Shown here: in pieces, positions 27,801-37,750 of the stretch | Layout: every line of letters starts with the position of its first letter | Numbering within the stretch: position 1 is the first letter of the stretch | NCBI GenBank assembly: GCA_047601445.1 | Contig: JASGJH010000001.1 | Location: forward strand, 256,001-320,000 | Direction of reading: 5' to 3' | Source of the DNA: Myxococcales bacterium | Lineage (GTDB): Bacteria > Myxococcota_A > Polyangia > Polyangiales > DASUME01 | DNA: 64,000 nt | The notes under the pieces: model-generated | What the model was told of the DNA's origin: nothing | The model's database searches: none | Seen by the model: the letters and a program-made list of their open reading frames with translations, nothing else | Program-made: the position numbers and the translations under genes

Positions 27801-30728
27801 TTGCTTGCGTGACTCCTGGTGCACCGCCCACATCGCGGGCGCGTAGGCCGGAGCCGCTTCATGGGCCGCGGCGGTGACCTCGAGGCGCTCGCTCGGCGCA
27901 TCGACGAGCGCCTTGGCGGCGCGCAACAGGAGGAACGCGGCGCGCGCGCCGCTCGAGGCCTCGGCTTCGCGCCGGAGGACTCGGACCTTGTGTTCGTTGG
28001 GCGCCTCGGAGCGCAACAGCGCACGGGCCACGAGCACGTTGCGGGCATCGAGCTCGGAGGCCGCCACCAGGGCATCGCGGACCTGATCGGCGCTGCCGAA
28101 GCGACGTTCGTAGTCGGCCAACGTGAGCAGGCTGCTGACACGCTCTTCGCCCGCACCGCGCTCCGATTCGGCGCGCAGCGTGGCGCGCGCGCGTTCCAGG
28201 TCGGCCGCTTCCACGGCGGCGTCGAGCAGCAGCGTCTCGGTGCATTCGGGGCTCAAATGGTCACCGCGTGCACGCATCAGCGCGTCGATCTCGCGCTGGC
28301 TGTGGGCAGGGTCGCGGGCCCACTGCGCTGCGCTCGAGAGCGCATCCTCGGTGCCGGTCTGCGCCACGCTGAGCGAGCCGCCGTACTTGCGCGCCAACAG
28401 CTCGCGCACCACGGGGATGAGAGCAAAGGTGGGGTCGCTCGCGAGCGCCGCCGTGAGGGCCTCCTCGCTCTCGCCCAGCTCGCCTGCTGCCGCACGCACT
28501 TCGGCGAGCACGAGCTGCGCCAGGGCGCGCTCCGTGCCCACCGCAGTTTCGACCCATCGGCGCACTGCGCGCTCGCGCATCCCCGCGTCGGCATGCTGCA
28601 GCGAAAGCTCGGCCGCCGTACGGACCGCCACGGCGTCGGTGCTCTCGGCCAGCTTGGACACGTCGTTGTCCGGGCCGTTCGCCCGCAGCATTGCCGCCCG
28701 TCGCTCCACGGCGTCGCGCAGCGCGCCCGTCGGCAGACCGGGTACCAGGTTGTCGAGCGCGCGCGCCGCAATTTCGCGCTGTGAATTGGCGAGGCTGGTG
28801 CGCGCCATCGCGAGCTGAGCCTCGAGCGAGCTCGGAGAGCGGGCGGCTGCGCGCACGTAGCAGGTGAGCGCGCTGGCCAGCTCGCGGCGCGCTTCGAGGG
28901 CGCGTCCCGCATTCAACCACCACAGGCACGCCATTTCGGGATCACTCGCCGATTCCGCGAGCCGGCTCAGGGTGCCATCCGCCGCGCCGGGGTTGGCGGC
29001 CGACTCGATGCGCGCCAGCAAGTGTGCGTAGCTCGGGTCGTCCTTCGCCAGGCGCTCGGCTTCCGTCGCCGCCCTCAGGGCAGCCGGAAAATCACGCTGC
29101 ACGAGCCAGCGCACCCGGGCCACCGCCGCCAGCGCGCGCGCACGTTCGCCCGTGCTGGACGCCTGACCCGCTCGGCGCTCGAGCAGCTCGACCAAGACCG
29201 CCATATCGCCGCTCGCGAGCGCGATGCGGGCCAGGCCCTGGTGACCCGCCGTCAGATCGGGCGCGAGCGCCACCGCTCCCTCGTAGAGGGAACGCGCAAG
29301 CTCCACGTCGTTGAGGCTCTCGGCGATCTCTGCCGCACTCACCAGGAGGTTGGCGGCCTCGGAGCCGCTGTTATGAGCGCTCAGCGACTGCAGTAGCTCG
29401 ATGCGCGCGCGCTTACCCGCTTCGTCCGTCGCCACCAGCGGCAAGACGTCAGCGCGGCGCTTCTGCGCGCGGATCTTGCGCAGCGCTGCAAGGACTTGCT
29501 GATCCTCCAGGGCGATGGCGGGCGCAGACGCGGCGGCTTGCGGACTGGCCAGGACGGGAGCCTCGGGGGCTGCTGCCGCGGCGGGTGGCGGCTCGCTCGG
29601 CGGAGCGAGCTCCTCCAGGTTGCGCAGCACGCTCGGCTCTTCGCGCGTTGCCGGGGCCTTCTTGGCAGCCCCGAGCGCTGCCGGCGGCCGCGGCGGGACG
29701 AATAGCGGCTTGGCAGGCACCGAGTTGAGATCGGCGGGGCTCAGGCTGGTCGGAGCCAGGCTGTGCATGCCGGTCGGCACGTCGTCGATATCGTCGTCGC
29801 CGCCGAAGTTGCCGTTGTCGTCATCCGGGATGTCCCCGAAATCGTCGTCATCGTCGAAGGGATCGGTGGTTCCGATCTCGATTTGTGGCGCCTCCGAGAC
29901 CACCGGCGCGGGGGCTGGCAAGGAGCTGCGCAGGGAGAAGGCCTCGTCCGTGTCGAGGCTCAAGCTGCTGCTGACTTCGGACTCGAAGGTCTCGCTCGCG
30001 AAGGAAGCCAGGGACTCGAGTCCGCGCTCCTCCTTGTCGGAGAGCCCCATGTCGACGTCGAAGCTTTCCTCGTCCTTGTGTCTACGCGCCAGATCGCGGT
30101 CGGCCGCGTCTGCTCGCGCGATCGCCTCGATGAGCTCCCGCGGGATCGCCGCGATACGCGTGTTGTCTCCGTCGTCGTCGTCGTCGTCTCTCCAGCTCAG
30201 GGCCGGACCGTTGGCCGGGGGCGGCAAGGTGCGGCTGCCCATCGCCTCGAGTTCCTTGCGCTCGTCCTCGCTGGGGGGACGGTACATGCGCGGCCGACCC
30301 GAGTCCGTGCGGGCGTAGTCGGGCAGCTCGCTGCGCCCATCACGGGCGTAGTTGAAGGCTGGCGGCGCCGACGTCGTGCGCGCGTCTGGCGGCAACGAAG
30401 GCAAGCCGTCGGAGGAGGGCTTGGGCAGCGCCGTGACCGGCAGATTCGGGGCGACCGGTGGCAGCGGGTTAAGCAGCGCTTTGGAGGGCGCCTTGAGGGG
30501 CGGCAGCGGCACCTTGCCGAACGTGAGCGGCGGCAGCGGTGGCAACGTCGCGCGCTCGTTCTGTTCGGGCGCGGGCGGCGTGGTCTTCGGTTCGACGCGG
30601 GTGGGGAAGGGCGCTGCCTCCGCCATGGCCGACTTGTCGAGCTCCTGCTCCCAGGAATCCACTGCGTCGTCGTCCCAGTCGAGGACGAGTTCGTTCGTGT
30701 CGTGCTTTGTCTTGAGCTCGTCTGTCAC
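24846..30728 (-). CDS. Giant TPR protein (~1960 aa) with acidic Pro-rich disordered N-terminus
   Basis: GTG start overlaps the upstream stop (GTGA); about 400 aa D/P-rich region, then many TPR-like helical repeats and a globular C-terminus. Confidence 0.8.
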   Translation of the reverse strand: MTDELKTKHDTNELVLDWDDDAVDSWEQELDKSAMAEAAPFPTRVEPKTTPPAPEQNERATLPPLPPLTFGKVPLPPLKAPSKALLNPLPPVAPNLPVTALPKPSSDGLPSLPPDARTTSAPPAFNYARDGRSELPDYARTDSGRPRMYRPPSEDERKELEAMGSRTLPPPANGPALSWRDDDDDDGDNTRIAAIPRELIEAIARADAADRDLARRHKDEESFDVDMGLSDKEERGLESLASFASETFESEVSSSLSLDTDEAFSLRSSLPAPAPVVSEAPQIEIGTTDPFDDDDDFGDIPDDDNGNFGGDDDIDDVPTGMHSLAPTSLSPADLNSVPAKPLFVPPRPPAALGAAKKAPATREEPSVLRNLEELAPPSEPPPAAAAAPEAPVLASPQAAASAPAIALEDQQVLAALRKIRAQKRRADVLPLVATDEAGKRARIELLQSLSAHNSGSEAANLLVSAAEIAESLNDVELARSLYEGAVALAPDLTAGHQGLARIALASGDMAVLVELLERRAGQASSTGERARALAAVARVRWLVQRDFPAALRAATEAERLAKDDPSYAHLLARIESAANPGAADGTLSRLAESASDPEMACLWWLNAGRALEARRELASALTCYVRAAARSPSSLEAQLAMARTSLANSQREIAARALDNLVPGLPTGALRDAVERRAAMLRANGPDNDVSKLAESTDAVAVRTAAELSLQHADAGMRERAVRRWVETAVGTERALAQLVLAEVRAAAGELGESEEALTAALASDPTFALIPVVRELLARKYGGSLSVAQTGTEDALSSAAQWARDPAHSQREIDALMRARGDHLSPECTETLLLDAAVEAADLERARATLRAESERGAGEERVSSLLTLADYERRFGSADQVRDALVAASELDARNVLVARALLRSEAPNEHKVRVLRREAEASSGARAAFLLLRAAKALVDAPSERLEVTAAAHEAAPAYAPAMWAVHQESRKQGDVERLSNLHAREAGRAKDPHEAIAHLVRAALVRAGDDADAAAAQLTRALDLMPSDPVLRELVIRLGDAVPATLRAEALQSSAERAPLALKRPATLAAAAAFEDASQPARALALFEAVLQEQPNDPIAEMGVERVARAAGKAGQLAEQKRRGLAAAVEPRAQRKALEALLEATGGGDPGEQLSFARSLLALVPQHPAALRVLERHAMGANDLDALWEVEERLAATSAGAKDRLARLRLMSLLALRGPEKPTERLDELILESGMKAGRGLWLGRQLMATGAARGDVSAIRKAAELTSASVSDQAELSTLAVQAVALLARTPGSGATEALGAMRELVPTHPTLVETLAEAHEANGQLAEAADLFAEAARSSHTKRRVARLNYRAGILLQEQLNAPDRAREAYQRAAEADIAYKDVQARLELLLSGHNDLSGLVALAEARLNAAQAPQLRVELARKLAQLYEKQDGLDKAVNVLRSALELLPEDLPALSQFEGLLDRANNQRERAEILVRMARLSRDPDELCDVFYKLGEIYDEHLPDPRRAEAAYRRVIKLAPKHQRALEKLSALLKRGGQIDLAAESLERLMQVAERADQRRDVAFELSKLKEDAADFRGAEEVLERLRKGTPTDLTVLRAQAEFYRRRQAQSALAMHLNRAANDLRHALQTQPDVAELWSTLVEVLEQRGRKDAASAVASAASALGLADAKLSRLLDADGGTNGLGTAAFSELLDDLVFTDLLPGSVRILFRHGAEAMNRAQPLDIKLLAGEKLERKHPLRAVASEFAKTSGLGDAEVFVTSQLPYAFVPVSEAPFQILVGRTILGALSPQEQRFLVARACKIARSQMSITCRLRPEEMSPLLGGLIAAQVPDYRVPGVETAMLDEMARRIGKHLSKRAREDMLPHAVELAGQPELDLTRAYSLASAAANRAALLATGSMPAALGALIKLGGIVNLARPQASVLSEIEEAKDLLSFAIAETHFEARQRAGAERR

Positions 30729-33700
30729 CGTGCAAACCCCAACCTGCTTCTGAGCGCGTCCATGGAGCTCGATGTCCAAGTCGTGATCAGATCCAGCGCA
30801 TCTTCCGACCCGATGACGACCTCCTTGGACGGAAGCGCACCGAGGACTTGTTCGAGTGCAGGGGCCAGGTGCCCTGCGAGCAAGAGAGCGAGCCGACGCG
30901 TCTGCCGCAGCGCGACTCGGACGTGGTGTTCCATGGCGACTCCCTGATCCGGCAGCGTGCGCACGAGATCCGGGAGCGCCTTCTTGGTCTTGCGCGGTAA
31001 GGCACGGCCCACCGAGCGCGGCAGGTCGCCGAGCTCCGCCTTCATGATGCCGCCCGGCAACGCGCACTCGGCAGCGACCAGGGCGGCGAACATCAAGCGC
31101 GCGCCTTGCCCAGGGGTGCGCGACAGAATCGGCAGGGTCTGCAGGTAGGCACCGGCGAGCTGCAGCGCGACTTGGGCGCGCTGCGCCGGGGGCAGCGGCG
31201 ACGCGACGTCACTGCCCACCAGGAACATCAGCTCCTCGTCCTTGGGCATGGCCACGATGCGCATGGGATCGTCGCCGCCCACGTAGAACTCAGTGAACTT
31301 GAGCCCGAGCACGTTGGCCATCGCGGTGATCTCGTCGCGCACCGCATTCACGTCGCGTACCGACAGACGTTGACTGCGGCCTGCGTTGAAGCGCCCCGGC
31401 TCGAGCTGGTCGATTTCGCCCGCGTTGGCGAGCACGGCGCGCAGCACACTCTGATAGGCCGCGGACGACTCGGTCGGCATCAAGGCGTTGAGTTCGCTCG
31501 CGGGGAGCGTGACGGAGACACGGGGTGCGCTCGCATACTTACGTGCCAAGCGGTCCCCAGCTTCACGCTCCGCCAGGGTCTCGGCCTCGATGACTCGCAG
31601 CGTGGACAGCGCCACATAGCCGTATCCGGCATCCCCGCGCAGGTCTCCCAGCGCCAGCAGCTTGCGCAGCGGCTCCGGATTCGCGGGTGCCTCACGCAGC
31701 TCGCGCCGCACCTCGGCCTCGAAGCGTTTGAGCAGCTCGCGTCGTCGGTTCTCGTCGTCGCTGACGGCGTACAGCGACTGCATGGCCGAAAGGTGGCTCG
31801 GATAGTCGTTCACCACACTCTCGAACAGCGGCCGCGCGTCGTCTCGGGCGCCCGACTTCTCGGCCAGGATGCGCCCACAGCGCAGCCTGAGCTCCGCCTG
31901 GGCCATGCCGGTGGTGCGCTCGATGGCCGACTGCAGCGCCCCGATGGTGCGAGGCAAGTCGCCAACGCGCTCGGCCACATCGGCGATGCGTGTGAACAGA
32001 GGGGCGTCGCGCTGTCCGCTCTGCACGATGAGGTCCAGCTGAGCCAGCGCAGCTGGGCCGTCGTTGAGCTTGCGCTCGAGGAAGTCGGCAGCACCCAGGC
32101 GCGCCAGGCGGCGCTGGGCCTCCGGCACGAACTTGGCCGAAGCCAGCGCGCTGAGCACTTCCACCGCCTCCGCCCAGCTCTCGCGTGCGGTGTGGATCTC
32201 GACCGCCAGCGCCAGCGCGCCGACGTGTTCGTCGAGCATCCGCACGTTGTCGATCGCATCCAGGGCGGCGTCCAGGTCTCCGCTCGCGCGATACAGGCGC
32301 GCGAGCTCGTAAAACAGCCCGATGAGCTCGTCAGCCTCGTCGACCAGCTCGGTACGCGCGCGCATCAGCGTGATCAGTCGCTGCGTCTCGCCGCGCGCGC
32401 CAAGGAGATCCTGCAAGCGTGTAAAGGCCAGCTTGCGCGCGGGTGCCTGCCCGAGGATGCGCACCAGAAGCTCTTCGGATCCGCGCAGGTCGGAGAGCTC
32501 GTCCATGCGCACCACGGCCGCCTCTTCCAGCAGTTGCAGCGAGAGCTCTCCTTCGACCTGACTGGCCAGCGCCTCGCACAGCTCCGTCACGCGCTGGAAG
32601 TTGCCGGCGTTGCGGGCGGCGATGCGACCGAGTTCGAGCGCTTGCACGTCGCCCGGGTTCTGGTTGAGCAGGCCATCGAGGGCCTCCAGCGCCGCCGCCG
32701 GCTCCTCCGCGGCCAGCTGCGCGCGGGCCAGTGCCAGCGCGTTCTCTCGGGACGGCGCCTGCGCCCTCAGGGTGGCGAATGCGCGGGCGCGCAGCCCGGC
32801 GTCGTGAATGGGAGAGCTCGCCTCGAGCAACATGGCGGCCACGGCGGGAGACAGCTCGGCGGGCGCCTCGAACGATCCCACCAGCGAGCCCTCCAAGCCG
32901 TGTTCTGGCGCGCTCAGCGCACGCACGAAGCAGGCCTCGGCACGCAGGCTCTCGGCCAGCACTGCGTCGCTGGTTTGCCTGGCCAGGTTCTCTAGCGCGC
33001 TGGCATGTCCTTCTTCGTCGTGGGGCAGCGGGATACTGGCGCGCGTCCAGAGTGCCCAGCGATTGTCGGGCGCGGCCGTCTGCACGCGCTCCACCACATC
33101 GAGCACGCGCGCGTGCTCCGCGCCCTGCGCCAGCAGCACGCCTCCGAGCTCGGCCAAGAGGCGCGGCTTGAGCTCCTCTGGCGAGCGCTGCGCCAGCACC
33201 TCGAGCGCCTGTTCCCGGAGCTCGGCCGCCGTGGCGGTCGACGATACCAGTGAGACTGCCGCGTGGTGTCCTGACACGGGGTCGGTCAGGGTCGCGTCCA
33301 AGCATGCCTCGGCCAGCTCTGCCTTGGCGCTCCATAGTTCGTAGTGGTCCGCCAAGAGCAGGGTCTCGACGCTCGCCTGCCCCTTGGCCTTCTCGCGCTC
33401 CGAGAGCGCTTCGCGGGCGCGCAGCACGACGCCCTGGTCGCGCAAGCGCTGACCCAGGCGCAACAGGGCCCAGACGGGGCCGCTGGATTGCGGGCTGCGA
33501 TTGGCGGCCTGCTCGTAGTTTTGGACCGCACGCTCGGTGTCGTCCGCAGCCTCGGCCGCCGCACCGGCCAGGAGCAGCGAGAGTTCGGCATCACGTTCGC
33601 TGCTCTGCGCCTCCGCGGCGCGCCGCAGCAAGCCGACGATTCTCGGAAGCCGCACCGCTCAGCTTGAGCACCTCTTGTTGGAGCGAGAGGGCGTAGCGAT

Positions 33701-35480
33701 GGGAGGGTTCGTTGCTGAGCACGCGGTCGAGCAGGGTCCGCGCCTGGGGCAGGTTGTGAGACCGCACGTGAGCTCGCGCAGCTGCGCACAGATGGGCGGC
33801 AGCCCGCTCCGCCTCGATGCGTTGCTCCGCCAACTTCTCGTGGGCCCGCGCGAGCAGCGTCAGATCGCGCTCCTCGGCCGCCCGCAAGCGCGCGAGCTGC
33901 GGGAAGAACGCGCGCGCCTCTTCGTTCTCGAGGTGCTCGCTCAGAAGGCGCCGACCTTCGGCCCCGTCGCTGGAGAGCTCGATCAGATGGTGCAGCAGCG
34001 CGGCGCGCTCGTCCGCGTCGAGCTGCGACGCCAAGAGTCGCTCGATGCCGAAGCGCGCAAGCTCCCGGTCGGACAAGTCGAGGCCCGCAGCGTAGGCCTC
34101 TCGCGCTATCTCCTGGGACCCATCGCCCTTGGCGTCGGCGCCCTTGAACAACGACAGCACTTTGTCCGCGCCCTCGCCGGCGCTGGTCGAGATCAGCGCA
34201 GCTTCCAGCAAGAAGCGCGAAGCTCGCGCCGGACTCGCCGTCGCCGAGCGCTCCTCGCGGCGCTCGATGCGCTCGCGGTGCATGCCCTCGTCGAGCAAGA
34301 GATCGTCCAGGATGGCGTCCGCGGCGATCGAGCCTCCCGCGTGGGCGATCGCCTCCATCAACGACTCGCGCGCCGCCGACAGCTGGCCTGCCACCAGGGC
34401 ATGCTCGGCCAAGCGGAAATGCAGCGCTGCCGCGTGCTCTCCATCGACCCCCATCGCCAGCAAGCTGCGCGCTTCGTCGGCCGCCTTCTCGCGATCTTCC
34501 ATCAGATCGTAGGCGAGCATGCGCGTTTGACGCAGGAGCACGTCGTCGGGGCGAATCGCGAGCGCCTTCGAGACCGCGCTCAGGGCGCCCTCGGGATCGC
34601 TCAGGTTCGTGCAGCGCAGGCGGGCCGCCTCGTACCAGTGAGCCAAGGCCTGAGAGCGCAAGCGCTCGCGCTCCGCCTCGTCGAGTTCGCTGCCGCTCTC
34701 GAGCTCTGCCGCGGCCAGCTCCGCGCGCTTCTCACAGGCCTCCACGAGCTCTGGGACGAAGCCTTTGCCGCGCGCGAAGTGCGCCAGCGCGGCCAAGGCG
34801 GTGTCGTTGCTCGGCTCGTTCGAACCGGCGCCGAAAGCCGCTTTTTTCAGGGCTTCCAGGGCCAAGCTGAGCTCGCCTCGCTGCTCCAGCTCCGCCGCCA
34901 CCTCGAGCAACAACACGGCGCGCTGCGCGGGGTCGTCGCTGCCGTTCGCGCGTCGCGTGAGGGACTCGAAGGCCGCCGCAGCGTCGGACTCAGCGCGCCG
35001 CGTCCACTCGAGCAGCAAGGCCGCTTCGATGCCGTCGTCGTGCTCGAGTGCGCGCTCCAGGCGCGAACGTACCGCCTCGGGTTCGCCTCCTCCCAAAAGG
35101 GGAAGCAACGCCTGATCGATCAGTGAAGTGGTCTTTTCCTCGGGCGTATGCGCTGAACGCAGCTCGGTGTCGTAGAGCCGCGCGAGGTTCTTCAGCGAGC
35201 GTTTGCGTTCGAACAAACGGATCAACGCATGCAGCGGCAGACGGAAGCGATTATCGAGATTGTAAGCCGCGAGATAGTCATTCACCGCCTGCGCAGGCTG
35301 ATTGAGCGCGGTCTCGCTGAGAAACGCGGCCTCGTACAGCAGGGCCGCCTTGTGCGTGCGATCCGGCGCTGCGTCGGCTTCCGCACGCAACTCAGGGACG
35401 CGCGCCAGAGCCTCTTCAGCGAGGCCACGCGGCGCGTCGACAGTCTTTTCAGGGGGTGAGCTCTTGGTCTGGGGCGTCAT
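30725..35480 (-). CDS. Giant TPR protein (~1584 aa corrected); apparent +1 frameshift at 33638-33642
   Basis: ORFs 33591-35480 and 30725-33655 join as GAASEIVGLLRR when one base is removed from GAATC; TPR-like repeats throughout. Confidence 0.78.
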
Positions 35481-35508
35481 CCGAGAGCGTCATGATATCA
35501 GCCCTTTA

Positions 35509-36171
35509 TCAGACAAGAACAGCGCCGTCAGCGGGGCCCCCGATGTTCTCTAGCTGACGCCGCAGGCTGGCCAAGAGGTGAGGTGTTTCAACCACCACAT
35601 GGCGCTGGAGGTCGGGTAACACGCTACGTACGATCCGTTCAGACGGCGCGTCGATCGCCAGCCGCTTCCGTCCCTGAAAAACCCGGATCAAACGCTCCAG
35701 TACTGCATCCGTGTTCCTGTAGTCATAGGGCGTACCGTGGGCTCTCAAGCGACCCTCCAGCTGCGCCCAGCGCGTGCGCTGCTCGGGCTCTGTAAACAAG
35801 CTCCGCACACGGGCGAGCTCGCCCAGGGCGGCCTCGTAAGCGTCGACCACCTCGGGACGTCCCAGGAGCTCGCCGTCCAGCAGCATTTCCGCGCCCACGT
35901 GGGCCACCGCCCGTGCCGGACCGCGCGCCACGCCCAGCTGGCTCAGGCGATCGAGCGTGTATTGAGTCCAGACCAGGAAGCTCGGCTCGGCATGGAAGAG
36001 CGCGTCGGTCTGGTGGTGGTGTGAAACGCCCTCGGCGAGCGGGCCCCGGGGCAGTTCGCGCGGTAGCCGTAAGCCCGCCATGTTCACGAGGTCGGGCAGC
36101 ATGGCGCCGAGCACGAAAGCAGGAACGCGGCTGGTCCACAGGGCGACCGTGGCGTGACCGATGAAGTTCAC
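35509..36171 (-). CDS. AcpH-like (ACP phosphodiesterase / DUF479-like) HD-type protein
   Basis: MNFIGH...LGAMLPD...GVSHHHQTDALFH...AHVGAEMLLD resembles AcpH MNFLAH...D...H..ID. Confidence 0.55.
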   Translation of the reverse strand: MNFIGHATVALWTSRVPAFVLGAMLPDLVNMAGLRLPRELPRGPLAEGVSHHHQTDALFHAEPSFLVWTQYTLDRLSQLGVARGPARAVAHVGAEMLLDGELLGRPEVVDAYEAALGELARVRSLFTEPEQRTRWAQLEGRLRAHGTPYDYRNTDAVLERLIRVFQGRKRLAIDAPSERIVRSVLPDLQRHVVVETPHLLASLRRQLENIGGPADGAVLV

Positions 36172-36209
36172 AGACGCTCGAGCCTAGCAGCGATCCCACG
36201 GGGCACGGC

Positions 36210-37604
36210 TCACTTCCACTCGGTCTCCACATCGAGTTGAGCCGGTGCTGCGCGCTCCTGATGGTTCGGCTTGGCCTCGGTGGGCTTGGGCGCGGCGCGC
36301 CTGGCAGGGATTGACTCCGACGGCGTCTCGGGTGTCTCCGTGGCAGTCGGCGGAGTCTCTTCGGGCGCGGCGGCAGGCGTTTCTTGCACGGGGGCTGGCG
36401 TCGCAGGGGCCAGCGGGGCTACCGCGGGCGCATCGACGTGCCTCTCCGAAGGCGGCACGGCGGGCTCGTTCGCGGGGGCTCGCCGCTGTGAAACCAGCCA
36501 CAAGACGGCCACGACCACGAACGCTACCACCAGCGCCATTCCCACGCCCCAGCCAGTCGCACCGGGTGGGAGAGACATTCGGCTGCGACTCGGTTCGGCA
36601 TGGCGCCCTGCGCCGCGGCTCCCCGTACGCGGGTTGGACGGCGGAGGGTCGCGACCGTTCGCCGTCTCCGCGGGCTGCGCCAGGCTCGACCAAGCTCGAA
36701 AGCCAGGCAGGCCGATGGGGTCGGGATCCGGGGGCAGGGCGATGCCACTGGTCTGCGCTCCCGCCAAGAGGCCACGCGCCAGGGCCCGCATGTCCGGATA
36801 GCGGTGATCGAGGTCGCGCCGCAGAGCACGCTCGATGGCGTGTGCGAGCGGTGCGGGCACGTCGGGCCGAACCTCCTGCAACGAGCGCGTGCGGCCCGCC
36901 ATGATCTGCGTGGCGATGGCCGAGCCGTCGGTCGAGGTGTACGGACTCACGCCTGCGATGCACTCGTAGAGCACCACGCCGAGCGACCAGACGTCGGCGG
37001 GGGGGCCCACCTCCGCGCCCGCCGCATGCTCGGGCGACATGTAGAGCGGGGTGCCGATCACCACGCCCGAGCGCGTGAGGCGCGACTCGGACGCCACGCG
37101 CGCGAGCCCGAAATCCAGCAGTTTGGGATGCTTCTTGCCCGTCGGATCCCGCCACAGAAAGATGTTCGAGGGCTTCACGTCGCGATGGACGATGCCCGCG
37201 TCGTGCAGCACCGCAAGGGCGCCTGCGATGGGCAGGAGGAAGGCCAGGGTCTGCTCCGGGCTCAGCGAGCCTTCGCTGATCAAGTAGCGGTCGAGCGACT
37301 GGCCCTCGAGCAGCTCCATCACCAGGAACGGCAGACCCCGCTCGTCGGTGCCCATGTCCAGCACGTCGACCACGTGGGGATGACGCACCGCCGCCGCGGC
37401 GCGGGCCTCACTCAGGAAACGCGCCCGCAAGGGCGCTAGCTCCTCCTCGCGCGTCGGATGCAGCAGCTTGAGCGCGACCTTCCGCCGCGTGAGCAAGTGC
37501 TCCGCCGTATAGAGCACTCCCATGCCGCCCGAACCCAGCAGGGACTCGATGCGGTAGCGCTCGCCGACGATGCGGCCCGCCAGGGGTTCCGATGCTGGAG
37601 CCAT
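36210..37604 (-). CDS. Ser/Thr protein kinase with TM helix and Pro-rich tail
   Basis: GSGGMG, VALK, HRDVKPSN, DFG, GTPLYMSPE. Confidence 0.95.
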   Translation of the reverse strand: MAPASEPLAGRIVGERYRIESLLGSGGMGVLYTAEHLLTRRKVALKLLHPTREEELAPLRARFLSEARAAAAVRHPHVVDVLDMGTDERGLPFLVMELLEGQSLDRYLISEGSLSPEQTLAFLLPIAGALAVLHDAGIVHRDVKPSNIFLWRDPTGKKHPKLLDFGLARVASESRLTRSGVVIGTPLYMSPEHAAGAEVGPPADVWSLGVVLYECIAGVSPYTSTDGSAIATQIMAGRTRSLQEVRPDVPAPLAHAIERALRRDLDHRYPDMRALARGLLAGAQTSGIALPPDPDPIGLPGFRAWSSLAQPAETANGRDPPPSNPRTGSRGAGRHAEPSRSRMSLPPGATGWGVGMALVVAFVVVAVLWLVSQRRAPANEPAVPPSERHVDAPAVAPLAPATPAPVQETPAAAPEETPPTATETPETPSESIPARRAAPKPTEAKPNHQERAAPAQLDVETEWK

Positions 37605-37750
37605 CCGTGCCTGACCCAGATCCTACCGGTTGGGGATCCCCGGGTCGAGATCAGTCGACCCCAGGCGCGGCACGCCGTCCAGACACGCGGTCGAGGGCAC
37701 CGGATGTGTAGACAGGCACACGCTGGGGTCTTGTCGTGGAAAGTTGGAGA

